DNA from: Lama glama
Taxonomy: Eukaryota
Assembly (NCBI GenBank): GCA_028534125.1
Contig: CM052816.1
Span: forward strand, 97,156,001-97,220,000
DNA length: 64,000 bases
Direction: 5' to 3'
Shown here: positions 51,926 to 64,000 of the stretch, one piece after another
How the letters are laid out: each line of letters starts with the position of its first letter
Position numbering within the stretch: the stretch's first letter is position 1
Made by a program: the position numbers and the translations under genes
The notes under the pieces: model-generated
What the model was told of the DNA's origin: nothing
Databases searched by the model: none
What the model saw: only the letters and a program-made list of their open reading frames with translations

Positions 51926-53896
51926 ACCACGAGGGCGTGCACACCCACCTGTGTGCTCGGTCCTTGTGTGTGTACGATTGTCATAGCTGTTCTGACTTGA
52001 TGAAATTTCACTTCCTCACTCACATAGACACCTTGGAGTTGCTTCAAGGGGTGTAGGAATTACACAGGGTAGGAAATCCCCCACCCAGTGTCAGACGCGT
52101 CTCTTCAGCTGTAAAAAACAGATCACTTCTCTAGAAGCTTTTTTCCTAAGAAAAGACTGAAGTCATGAGACTCGACCCATTCTCCTTGGCCGCAGGTGCC
52201 ATCCTATATGCAAATTGTTGTTGTCTGTGTCCTCCAACTAAAGTGTTTGTTCTCACCAGATGCGATGCGATGAGCCTTCATCAACCAGCCATGTGCGCCC
52301 AGACTTAAGACTGTCAGCAGTGCAGTGTCACACAGAGATGTTCATCACATCAACTATGAAAGGTACCACGAAAGAGCACTGGGGTGTGCTGGGGAGGCGG
52401 CAGACCTGGCTCCCTCCTTCACAGCGATAAGGCTGCGGGTTCACTCAGCCCTCAGCAACTTGGGATCCTAGTCTGGAGCGGGTTGCTCTGTCTAAGCCTG
52501 GATGCTTGCACGTGTGAAGCCGTGCGTCTAAGAGCGCTGGAGTTGGGGGTGAGGGTGGGCGCCAGAGCTTTGGAGGGGAGACCAGTCCCTTCGATGTTGC
52601 GACTGAGTTCTCCTTCAAGAAAGGCCTATAAATTCACATCTGGGGCATCCAGAATTGTTGATCAAAGAACAGGAGACCTCGCTTTCACACGGAAATGAAC
52701 TTCCTCCTGTTCTTCCCGGGAAATGACAGAACCACTTTATTCGAATGCAGTTGCTCTGCTCTTAATTCAAGATTCTTTTCCCCGTTCAGCAAATATTTAT
52801 TGACTACTTTCCACGCACCAGTTCCAGTCCTAAGCAATATGTAATCATAATCTCTTAGACGTGATTGATCCCTTTATTTTTTCTTTTTTGGTGGGGAGAA
52901 TAATCCTTTTTCGTAATTGTGCTGAACTTGGAGATGTGAATCCAAAGCCAAATTGCTCTTGGGGTGAGTCTCACAGCCTCCGACGGTGCTGACAGCCCTC
53001 AGCCCCCTCCCAGCCCCCAGTCCGAACCCTGGCCACACTGGGGCACAGAGCAAATTCCAGCTAACATCAGACGGCTTTCTCTGAGCTGGGAGTGAACTGA
53101 AGAGATTCCTGGAAGAAACTGCTTGGCGTTTCTCTCATGAACACACCATTGAATCCTAAAGTGGGCATTTACTATTTCTGCTGTGACTGCAACGCTGAGT
53201 GGCTGGCTTGGAGAGATAATTTCAGGACTTTCCAGCACAGAGGTAGATGTTCAGATTTCTGCTTATTTGTCCTGAAAATTGAAGCCTCCAGAGAAAAGCT
53301 TCTGAAGTCAAAACCCTGCAGATGATACCCTGTAAATATTGTGCCTGCCCCCAGACACTAATTGTCCCCTTGGGCACAGACGCGACTGATACCAAGAGAT
53401 GGGCCCATCATTTTTGCATAACATCAACTTTTCAGGGAAAGAATAATAAATGAGAAAAGACAGAGCAGAACTGCATTAATTCTCATTCTGCTAATCAAGC
53501 AACGTCTGAAGCTTCCTCGGATACAAATGAAAGAGGCAAGCAGCAAATTGTACAGCAAAATCATCACGGCAGGAGGATGAAGGGCCATCATGTTCCTAGA
53601 ATTTCATTGGCTTGAATGAAATGAAACAATCCTGCTTCAAACAGGAATGAAGGTGCTCTCCTGGTCTAGTTTGCTGGACTGTTAATTTGTCACACACCTG
53701 ATCTGTGAACCAACATTGTTCGTACATCATAATTTTGAAGTTTTACCTTTGTCTTAAAAAAATACATTCTTTGTAATCAGACTGCAGATTTGTTTTCAAG
53801 GATTCTCCCACCTAAGTCTCACGAATAGGTCTGTCCTTAGAATTGCATCAAATATTAACTAAAAACAGTGAATCTGGTTCAGGGTCTCAAATGAAA

Positions 53897-54434
53897 CTCT
53901 TGGGGCTCAGAGCAGGCCACCCGAAGATATGCCACAGTGGCATCTTGGTTATTTTGAATTAAAGTTACTTAAGAAACAGTCAGTGCAAAAAAGGTACTCT
54001 GCCCTCCTCTGTCTCCCTACAGGCAGCAAATAAATCTTCCACATGAAAGGTGCACTGCCGGCACCACGTCATAGAGAGACATCTTTATCGCCAGAGACAG
54101 GGAATTCAGGGCCAAAAGTCCCCTATGAACAAATCTTGTTACTTCCTAAATGGACCACCCCAAGCCCAAACTCTGATTAGGTTCTTCACTAATTAAGCAC
54201 CCATGCCTAAGTTTCTCTGTCTTGTCAATTCCTCACAAATGTATTGTTTCTTTGTCTAAATACAAAAACTTCCTAGTTTGCCACTTACTGGAGCCTATTT
54301 CTCTGACATTTCCAGAGGTATGAACTAAATCTGTATTTTTTCCTCCTGTTAACCTGTCTTATGTCAACTTAATTATTAGACCAGCCAAAAGAAGTCAAGA
54401 GGGTGGGGTGGGGGTGGATTTCTCCTTCCCTAAC
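53897..54434 (+). mobile_element. ERV1 solo LTR (MER34/MER39-like)
   Basis: ttggggctcagagcaggccacccgaagatatgccac start; tttcctcctgttaacctgtcttatgtcaacttaatt...ccagccaa...ctccttccctaaca end. Confidence 0.7.
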
Positions 54435-54827
54435 ACATGGCTACCTGACAAAGAAAAATAAATGATGGCTCGGCGCTCCTAAAATTTAAGCAAAACATCT
54501 TGTAACAGAGTTTACTGTTAGTTACATATGATGATAACTCAAGTATAAATCATACAGGCAACGTAGCAGGAAACCTTGATTTGGTGTGTCTGCTGACTCA
54601 TTTTCTTACTCTCAGCATATACTGTCTTAAGAATTCATTGAAATTTCAAGTCCAGAGGAAGCAAGCTGGCAGCCTGCGGCCGAGCCTCCCCAGGCAGACG
54701 AGCTCTGACTGGCTGGCAGAGAGCGCACGTCCGGCTTTGTCGGGGTGCAGGGGGAAGAACCTGAACGCCTGTAGGTACGGCATGCAATTTCACCGCATGT
54801 ATTTACCTTGTCGGCTTGTCCTCTAAA

Positions 54828-55085
54828 TCTGACCTCTCACCCTTGGCACTATTGGCATTAGGGGCTGGAGAGTTCTCTGTTGTGGGGAATGTCCTGTGCG
54901 TTTCAGGATGTTTAACTGCATCTATTCCCTAGACCTAGACCTGAGCTAGACGCTAGTAGCGCCCACTCACCGGGCACCAGTAGAAATCCCATCCCCATTG
55001 GTGACAGCCCAACCACCTCTAGACACTGCCAAATGCTCTTGGGGGAACACCGGTGGCAAAGATCTCCCCTGATTGAGAACCACTG
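54828..55085 (-). mobile_element. MER20 (hAT-Charlie DNA transposon)
   Basis: ccttggcactattggcatt ... gtcctgtgcgtttcaggatgttta ... agacactgccaaatg ... ttgagaaccactg terminus. Confidence 0.8.
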
Positions 55086-57739
55086 CTCTAAATATGAGTC
55101 TCCTCCTTTGGACCGTTAAGCTGACTACTTGTTCCCCCTTGCCCCTCCGCTTTCCTTACTTCCATTCCTTTCCACCCTGGACTCCACAGCCCGTCACTTC
55201 AATTGCTTTCTTGCCTCCATCCTTGTAGAGCGGAGGACAGCACCTCTCGAGGGCATCCCTCCCAAGTAGACCATGACTTGTGGTCACGTATCACTGGCCA
55301 GAGGCCACCATAGGGCCACCCCCACCTCTGAGGGATGCCGGGAAGCGTCTTGGTTCAGGGCGGCATATGCCCAGGTAAAAAGATCCTCATAGTAAAGAAG
55401 AAAAAGATAATGGATTTGGGGAGAAAAAGCAGTGGTCTCTTACATGCAGAAAAGTCAAATGCTGCATCTCCAAGATGGAAACCATCACCTTCCCTCCCGG
55501 AGCTGTTCATCCCCTTGTGCCTTTTGTTCAGTTGAAGGCTGACCATCTTTCCAGCCGCCTGAGCAGAAAGCTGCTCTCAGCCTTGGTCTCTCTTCCCTCT
55601 CACCGCCCCACGTCCAGTGAGGCAGGATGTCGTGTCCTTCACACGGGGGAACTTGCCCCGCTCCCTTGACCTCCTGCTCCTACCCAGTTCTTGGCCGCCT
55701 CCACCACCCATCTGATGAGCAGATGGTCTCCTAACTGGCCTTCCCACCTCCTGCCCTCTGCGCAACCTCACCTTTTCTCTCCTGCAGCAGGACTCTTTCT
55801 AAAGCGTGACGCAGCCAAGTCAGATCTGTCCCAGCTCTGAATGCATCTACTGACCCTTCTCCCCACTGTTCCCCATTGTTTCTTCACCTCTTGCCTCCCC
55901 TCCCACATACACCGTTTTAATTTGGGGGGCCATTAGTCCACACCCCTTACTGCTGTCAAAATCACATAAGCTGGAGGCCAGGCCTGGAAGGGAGGGACAC
56001 CTCTCCCTACCCAGAGCCCTCTCGTGTGTGGTCAGAAAATTTGTCGTTTTTCGGTTTTTTTCTAAGTAAAAAGATTCTATTAAAAAAATTTCCAGTATAT
56101 TAAAAAGACATGCTATACCCACAAGAACTACACCTGCTTCGTTTCTTCCTCCTCCATCTCGAGCCTGTGGTCCAGCTCCTCTGAACCACATGCAGCCCCA
56201 GCCTGGAGCTGTGCTCACCTCTCCCTGGAGAGGATGCTTTCCTGGGACCTGAACTCCAGGCTCCAACACAGCACTCCCACCCAAGCACCACCCCTCACTA
56301 AGGGGAGCCCTGCAACTCCTCAGCCAAGCTTCTAATCACACACCCACCCCTCCTCCGCCGCACCCTTCCTGAGAGCTGTCTTGCACAGTCTCTCATCACC
56401 CCCAGCTGGTTAGATGCTGTGGACTGTTTTGGCACCCAGTGTTTACCTTCCAGCTCCACTGAAATCATCTGTTTACTTTCCTGCCCAAAGTTGTAGGTGT
56501 CGCTGTGTCTAGACTGGCCCTTCCTCTATATTATGTTCTCGGCATGGGACAGAGTTGGGCACACAGTAGACAATAAACAGCTGTCGGACAGACGCAGGAA
56601 GGGACGCCTGGATGTGTGACGAACGCCTCATTACACATCAAACAAGATTTCTGCTGGGCAGCTCATTAAATAGTCTGCTTTTTCAATGATGGAAGTCAAG
56701 AGAGCATTCTGGCCTCAGCTCTGCCACTCACTAAGTGGACGGTGGGTCATAGGAGTGGCCAGCGTGTAACTTCCTCGGCTGCCAGTGTCCTCCTAGTGGC
56801 CTGAGAGGAGTCTGAGAGCATCTCTGCGGGCCCTTCAACCTGGAGGTTTCATCCTCTCTGCACGGTGTCGGGAAGAAATGGGGAGACATCCTTGAGCAGT
56901 GGCAGAAAGGAAATACATTTTGAAATTTTGGGGGGGTGGTAATTTTTAAAAACCTATGCTTTTCTACAGTAGAAGAAATGATGGAAGAATGTAAATAGCA
57001 AATGCATGTATCTATATAATTCATGTGTATCATATATGTGCACGTATGTCCGTATCTACAGACACTCACATACCTACAGATACAGATGTACAGACAGGTA
57101 CCCTGTAATGTTGTCACAGTACACGTTAGTTGCCATGCGTGCATGTACATGTCTTCTTCATGTATTTTTCTTAAAGGTGTTCTCCTGTCTGATCTTCCTA
57201 GAGCTGAGGAGCACTCTCCTTGTCGTCACTCTGCAGGTACAAGTCCAAGTGCTGATGCAATTCCGCCGGGAAGGCTCCTCCCGCCGCTGACCCCAGCACT
57301 GGGCATGAGGGCAAGGACGCAGCCCCGCGCCCAGCCCGGAGGTGCCGAAGAGGGAACACATAACTTACGAACTGCAGTCCAGTCCAAGCGCAAAGAGGGC
57401 ATGTTTTCTGCCAGGAAACAAAAACTGAGATCGGCAGGGGAATGAAAGCCATGGCTAGTGAGAAGACGCTCAGTGACACTAAAAATCGATGTTGTTATTG
57501 ATTAATTTGAACTAACGACATCAGCATACATAAGCTTGGGGATCCTCAACGTTGTCACGCCAACAAAAAACATGTGTCCACCAGGAAACGTATTTTTGGA
57601 ACACTGAATTGGCGTGTGAAAGGCTGGTATCCAGTTCAACACTGAATCCTCTGCAGTGTTTTCCAAGGAAAAGAGCATGTTATTCTCGCGAGCTCCCGGG
57701 TCCACGCCAACTTGACCTCAGGCCTGGTTTGGATTAGAA

Positions 57740-58190
57740 ATGGATTTCGGTTGCCTGTTGTTGCAAAACAAATCACCCCAAGACCAGCGATTTAGAACAA
57801 TAACGTGTCTTCTTCTTCCTCCTCTTCTTTTTTTTCTCATGAGTCTGTGGACCAGCTGGGTGGCTCCCTTGCTGGGTTTGCTGCGGGCCGGCCCCAGGAC
57901 CATGCTCGGCTGAGGGCTAGCCTAGCTGGAAGGCCCAGCAGGGGCCTTATTTTTCTGGCAGGTGCTGCTGGCTGGCGGCGGGGCCTTGGTTCTTCTCCCT
58001 GTAACCACTCAGCCTCCATTAGGCTGACAGCCTTCCTAACGGTGATCTCAGGGCAGCGGTCCCAGAAAGCAAGAGGGAATCTCAGGGCCTCATTAGGCCT
58101 TGGCTCTGGAATTCACAGAGCGTTATTTCCCCATATTCTATTAGTCAAAGCGAGAAATGCACTTGCCTAGGTTCGAGGGATGGCAAAAAA
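57740..58190 (-). mobile_element. Old MaLR LTR (MLT1 family)
   Basis: tgttgcaaaacaaatcaccccaagaccagcgatttagaacaataac ... tctcatgagtctgtgg ... catattctattagtcaaagc. Confidence 0.6.
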
Positions 58191-60497
58191 TGGTGGTGTT
58201 TTCCATCAGACAGATAGGGTGACTGATGCTTCCAACATTCATGGTTCCAAAGTCATGGCGGAGCCAAGCGTGAATAATGTCTACGTGTCCTGGAAGCGCA
58301 GGGCCTCCCCACGAGGACTCCCGTGGCTCTAGTTCAAGTCAGGTCTCAGCTATGTTGGTTCCAACTTGACTTTCTGTGAATTTACCTCCTGTCCAGCTCT
58401 GCACACGGCTTCTCTCTCTTCCTCCCATTCTCATCCAAACACATGCTCCAGGCTGAGCTTAGACTTCGCAGGGCAGGACACAGGGCTGGATCTTGGTGAG
58501 GCACTGAGGAGAATGCTACTTCATTCTCTACCACGGCACTCACATTTTGGCCTTCATTCAGTACTCCAAATTAACACTTAGTAAACAATTCTTAGAGATG
58601 CCTTAAAGGAAACAATATAGACAGTGGAAATCAAGCAGCTGTCTCCAGATGCAATGAGTCATTTTCAATTTATTTTAAGATTGTTTTAGATATAAATTCA
58701 TATGAATAATCCCAGAACAACTGGGAGTTTTTAAACTAATGCCAACTTTTTGTCGAGAAGGTAAAAGTAACAAAAATTGGATAGGATTGAAGAGATTTCT
58801 TCTGTAAACAATCTTGAAAGGAAAGGGGAAAATGAATGAAATGGCATTCTGATATGTTTGATGATTCACTCTTAAGTGATTTGTGGAAATATCTGGGAAT
58901 GTTCTGTTCTTTGTTTAGTGATTTTGCTAAACTACTTTTCTGGTAGCTGATAAAAGCATACCATACCACACTGCCCAAAGAAGTTCTTTGTATGTGAAAT
59001 AGGCAATTATGATAGAGCAGAAGCATCCAAAACTTTCAATTCAACTGATGGACCTCAAACTTCTTGTGCAACTTGGATTCAAAATCATGAAACTCACATA
59101 AAGTAAGATTCCTGATCATCAGTCATCCTTTACTCAGTACTGCAAAGCTACAGAAAAAAAAATCCATTTTAACGTACCATACGGTTCAAGAGTGCACTGG
59201 GATTATCTATTAGCTGTTGAAATAATTTAAAAAATCACAATAATAGATACTTGAATTTACAAATGTTCTACCATAGCTTAATGCTTTTATCAGTACAACT
59301 GTGCACCTGCCAGCTATTAACTGCTTACATCAACCCACCATCAACAACAATATTAACCACATCCCCTACCTAGGGAACTCATAACCCTTCCAGTCCAGGT
59401 AAAAAAACTTCCAGTCTAAGCAATTCCACAGCATCCATCATCTGATCCAGTCTCACCTACTGGACGTCCCACTGTTTCACTCATTAACGTTCCACAGTTG
59501 GGTCTGTTAATTTCTCTCAGAACACTCTCTCCTGTTACATTCGCTTCATTCTTCCTTCTCCTTTAAGAGTCACTCTTACCCCCTCATCTTAACGGGGGTG
59601 AGAAGAGCCCTCTGTAATGAGGCTGCCATGGGGTTAAAGGGCTTAATGTTCAGAAAGGGCTCAGAACATGCCCGGCATGTAGGGAGTCCTGTACGGCAGC
59701 CCCGCTGGTCAGAAATCTCCTTAGACTAGTTCAAGCCCACACGCCTGGTTCTGTTCTCTGAACAAGGATTTGTTTCACTGCCAGCAGCGCCCACTTGTTT
59801 AATTATTCTCTGACTCTCCCACTTCCACTGGTCCCCCCAGTTACAGACTAAATTACTTTGGGGGGAGGGAGAAGTGGGCAGAGATAATGCATTTTATTTA
59901 TGGAGCCTTTGCAATTCTGGATGTTTATTGCACTTACTAAATAATCAGTAATTATGGTTCTGTTTGTTGATGACTCTAAGTATATAAATAAGATAGGTGG
60001 CCAGATTTAGATGCCATTTAAAAACTATCAGGCAGAACTTCCCTCCCACAACACCTAACATAATGGGCCAATGTTTATGAAAAGCGACCAGGAAAATTCA
60101 TCACCTACAGCAATAATACAGAAAGGCCATGGCCCAGTATCAGAAACTCCGGGAACCAATGGCCAAAAAGAGAAAGAGAAGATTCCGGAGCTGAGCATGA
60201 GGTGGGGTAGGCTTGGCTCTTAACTCTACCCACCCCTCTAAGCAGTCTCACTGAGTAGACAAAACCCAAAAAATCCTTACTAATACCTACAAACCCGGAG
60301 AGAGGCAAACTATAAGGCATTCTCAGTTTCTGCCTGAGGGATGGTGATCTCCGGATGGTGGAAACAGTGTGCTGCACTAGCTACTTTAAAGGGTGCTCCT
60401 GCTATAGGAAACAGCAACAAATTAGGAAATAAACCTATCACTGCCGCAACTGATCCTGGAAGGAAGAAGGGAAGAGTGTAAGGGTCTCAGTCCATAC

Positions 60498-60710
60498 TGG
60501 TAGTTGTAACGGGGGACAATCCTGCACCTCCGTAGCGAGCACTGGGTAGAGCTGGAGACACTGCTGGCTGTCATATCTGGAGAGTGCTACTGGCAAGCAG
60601 TGGGCTGCGGGCAAGGACGCTGCTGGGCACCTTACAGTGCACAGGGCGGCCCCATGGCAGAGGAGGATCTGGCTCCACGCGTCAGCAGTGCTGAGGTTGG
60701 GAACACCTGC
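60498..60710 (+). mobile_element. MER20 (diverged)
   Basis: ctggagacact...tgtcata...gtgctactggca...ggacgctgctgggcaccttacagtgcacagggcggcccc...cagtgctgaggttgggaacacctg. Confidence 0.7.
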
Positions 60711-60964
60711 GCTAGGCACCCCACTTCGCTGACTGTCAGGTACACTGCATATGCTTAGAATTTAGCTTTGCTGAAGAGTGGGATGAAATAATCTGGTCAA
60801 TAAAATCATGCCTTAATTCCAGTTCTCTGGGAAGCATCGGAACTCACGAATCTTGAAGAATCACCCCATGTTTTTGTTACAAGCATATACAGGCTATTGT
60901 GTGCTGATCAAAACAAGGGGCATGCCTCTGAGTCGTGTGCCTGCCAAGGTGGCCATAATGACCC

Positions 60965-61230
60965 CGTATTGATTTTCTAGGGCTTCCATAAGGAAGTACC
61001 AGAGACGGGGCAGCTTAAACAGCAGAACCATACTTCCTCACGGCCCTGGGGGCTGGAAGGCCAGGATCAAGGTGTCAGCAGGGCTGGTTTCTGCCAAGGC
61101 CTCTCCCCTTGGTTTGCAGACGGCCACTTTCAACCCGCGTCTTTACGCGGCCTTCCTTCTATGCGTGTCTGTGTCCTAATCGCCTCTTCTTACAGAGGCA
61201 CCAGCCAGATTGGATTAGGGTCCACTCTTC
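60965..61230 (-). mobile_element. MaLR LTR fragment (MLT1A-like)
   Basis: cagcttaaacagcagaa ... ggctggaaggccaggatcaaggtgtcagcagggctggtttct ... gattggattagggtccac. Confidence 0.8.
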
Positions 61231-61629
61231 CCGGTAGGAAGCAGAGCTCTAATGCTGGGAGGAAACGGCGGATGACAGTCTCCGCCCTCAGAGCCTCGCG
61301 CAGGACTGGCCACCTGCTTCTGCGAAGGGCCAGGACATAAACACCTCGGCTCTGGTACCGCAGTGCGTCCGCACAGCCAGCCGGCTCCGCGCCGCAGCAG
61401 GGAGGCCGCCACGGACGACGCGGGAACGCGCGCCGGGAGCCCGCGCTTCCCTTACGGGGGCGGGACCCTTCATTTCATGTCATGTTCGCGTGTCATGACA
61501 TATTACGGTTCTTCTGATCTTTCAAAAGAGTCATCTAACAAAGTAAAACACTTTCTCAGCCCACAAGGTCCTGACGAAGCAGATGGCGACTAGATCTGAC
61601 CTTCTACCTGTATTTTTTTAAATTTATTT

Positions 61630-61898
61630 CTCATAGACTTAGAATACAAACTTCTGGTTGCCAAGGGGGCGGGGGGTGGGAAGGGACAGACTGGGATTTC
61701 AAAATGTAGAATAGATAAACAAGAATATATTGTATAGCACAGGGAAATACATACAAGATCTTATGGTAGCTCACAGCGAAAGGAAAATGTGACAATGAAA
61801 ATATATATGTTCATGTATAACTGAAAAATTGTGCCCTGCACTGGAATTTGACACAACATTGTAAAATGACTATAAAGCAATAAAAAATGTTTAAAAAA
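61630..61898 (+). mobile_element. Young L1 3' end (same subfamily as 23398-23537)
   Basis: Near-identical to 23398-23530: cttatggtagctcacag ... tataactgaaaaattgtgc ... ctggaatttgacacaacattgtaaaatga. Confidence 0.85.
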
Positions 61899-62358
61899 AT
61901 TTAAGTACAGTCCTTTACAATGTGTCTATTTCTGGCGTACAGCAGAATGTCCCGGTCATGCATACACATACATATATTCATTTTCATATTCTTTTTCATT
62001 AAAGGTTATTACAAGACATTGAATATAGTTCCCAGTGCTATACAGAAGAAATTTGTTTTTTTAAATCTATTTTTATATATAGTGGCTAACATTTGCAAAT
62101 CTCAAACTCCCAAATTTATCCCTTCCCACCTCCTTTCCCCTGTAACCATGAGATTGTTTACTATGTCTGTGAGTTTCTGTTTTGTAGATGAGTTCATTAG
62201 TGTCCTTTTTTCTTTTAGATTCCACATATGAATGATATCATATGGTATTTTTCTTTCTCTTTCTGGCTTACTTCACTTAGAACGATGATCTCCAGGTCCA
62301 TCCACGTTGCTGCAAATGGCATTATCTTATTCCTTTTTATGGCTGAGTAGTATTCCAC
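61899..62358 (-). mobile_element. Artiodactyl/camelid-type L1 3' end
   Basis: The minus ORF gives VEYYSAIKRNKIMPFAATWMDLEIIVLSEVSQKEK (ORF2 C-terminus-like), followed by 3'UTR. Confidence 0.88.
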
Positions 62359-63890
62359 CGTGGTTTGATGTCTCCTGATGTAGAGAGTTCTCTCAGAAAT
62401 TACACTTGAAGGCACCGCAGACACATTAGAACTGTCACTGACAACTGAAGTAGTGACAATAAAGGGTATATTTTATTTCCATAATCTGTCTCATGTGTTT
62501 CTCAACATGCTGGGCTTTACAATAAACACCACATTATAGATCTTCTTAAAAACTCAAGTTCTCATCAAGCGCTAGGCTGAGGCAGAGAGGGCAGGAGTTT
62601 CAAGCATGTGCTTGGATGTTCTCAAGTCTGGAAGCAAATCCTGGCTCCCCCACTTCCTTGTGTTTTGATGATACTGTCTTATGCAGGGATCTGGATTTAA
62701 ATCCACATCCTGGATTTAAATGGCTGCTTGTCCAAGAGGTGGCCATCTTGTCACATGATGAGGACGATGGCAGGGCAGCAAGACCACTGCACAAACCAGA
62801 ATTTGGAAATTCAAGTCTGAACTGGCCACTTCTTTGGATGAGACTCCAGGCCAGCCTCTCATCTCCCTGAGCCTCATTTTCCTCTCCCTAACACACAGGA
62901 GTTGGATCAAACAATCCCAAATCCTTCTCACTGTAGAAGCTGGTGAAGCAATGGTTCTATAACACTTATTTTTAGATAAAGGAAAAAAAAAGTCAACTTG
63001 AGTTTAGCTGCAAACAAAGGTATCTCATATCCCCACTCCAGAGCTGATCCTCCAGCCGTCAGAATTCAGAACACATGTTGCTTGATTTATGGTGGCAACT
63101 GGTAATTTGTGTGAGAAAGACTTAATTTAGAAGAACGCAAATGTCATTATTTTCCATAACTGAGTGAGAGTTACAATTAGTTTGATTCATATGCTGTCAC
63201 GGACGTCTCCGCCACATGCACCAAGGACAATACAAAGTTTTTCAGGCAGCTCTTTGATAGAGAGAGCTATTTCTCAGTTGTGTAATTAATACTAAACATA
63301 AATCCTCCTCCATTTCCTTTCTGAATACCCCATGCCACTGGAGCATGCTCCACTGGAGCGGATCATGAAGGAGGAAAAATCACTGAATAGGCTCACATGT
63401 AGTGAGTTCTGCTCAGAAGAGCCTGCCTTTGGGAAACTGTCAGAATAAGTACACAGAGCGCCACATGCCAAATTGCCACCACCAACAACAAATGCCTCCA
63501 CTTTCCCTCCCATTTTCACCTGTATCTTAACGTGTAGCACATTTTAAATATTATTCTATCAAAAACCAGATGAATCAAAACGTTTTCCGGTATTTGATTT
63601 GGAAATCAAAGAGATAGAAGACTGGGTTTAAAGTAAGACTGGGGATGCTGTTGATCACTGTTAACAATTATTATTATAATTGAGAATCAAAGCATTAATA
63701 ATGATTTCATTTCTAGTTGCAAAATTCTACCCTTGCTTCTCAACTGTCTGACTTAAAAGTGAAATAATTAAAATCACATAGGGATTGATTTCATTGGAGA
63801 GAAATAAAGAACGACCCACAGGTCAAATCTTAGAGAAGTTATTACATGGGATGTGGGATAGTGGACATGGAATAAATGCTGTTCATTTTA

Positions 63891-63985
63891 TTTTTTTTCA
63901 CTTGAAGTATATTTGATTCACAATGTTGTGTTAGTTTCTGGTGTACAGCATAGTGAGTCAGTTATACATACATATATGTTCTTTG
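63891..63985 (-). mobile_element. Very short L1 3' end with a 15-bp TSD
   Basis: ttgaagtatatttgattcacaatgttgtgttagtttctggtgtacagcatagtga. TSD atgctgttcatttta (63876-63890) / atgctgctcatttta (63986-64000). Confidence 0.85.
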
Positions 63986-64000
63986 ATGCTGCTCATTTTA

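Larger units (their letters stand above)
1..64000 (-). other. ADCY2: ADCY2 gene body (partial: intron 4 through intron 15)
   Basis: Eight minus-strand exons splice to a peptide matching mammalian adenylate cyclase 2 as I recall it. The flanking exons (4 and 16) were not found by eye, so both window ends are inferred to be intronic. Confidence 0.93.

Noticed and set aside
57000..57150. Alternating purine-pyrimidine stretch giving Cys/Tyr/His-rich ORFs
   Set aside because: Degenerate (TA/CA/TG)n low-complexity sequence; the peptide bias is compositional.

Overview
Mammalian genomic DNA, most likely from a camelid, judged from the tRNA-Ala-derived Vic-1-type SINEs and artiodactyl-type L1 3' ends. 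The window lies inside the adenylate cyclase 2 gene (ADCY2) on the minus strand. Eight coding exons have canonical GT-AG boundaries. Seven are consecutive and phase-compatible (numbered 5-11 by analogy with my recollection of the human gene; 44185 down to 21984) and encode the C1a catalytic domain and the start of C1b. The eighth (exon 15, 10772-10856) encodes a transmembrane segment. The three exons expected between them (about 83 aa) were not found and most plausibly fall in the 500-N assembly gap at 21194-21693. The rest is intron rich in L1, L2, MIR, MaLR/ERV LTR, MER20 and SINE relics. I found no evidence of a novel multi-gene system. The most notable observations are the missing exons, an L1 with a probable 3' transduction, two 5'-inverted (twin-primed) L1 insertions, a polyadenylated LTR-like fragment, and a few candidate regulatory patches. 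Repeat family names and boundaries come from visual recognition and are approximate.
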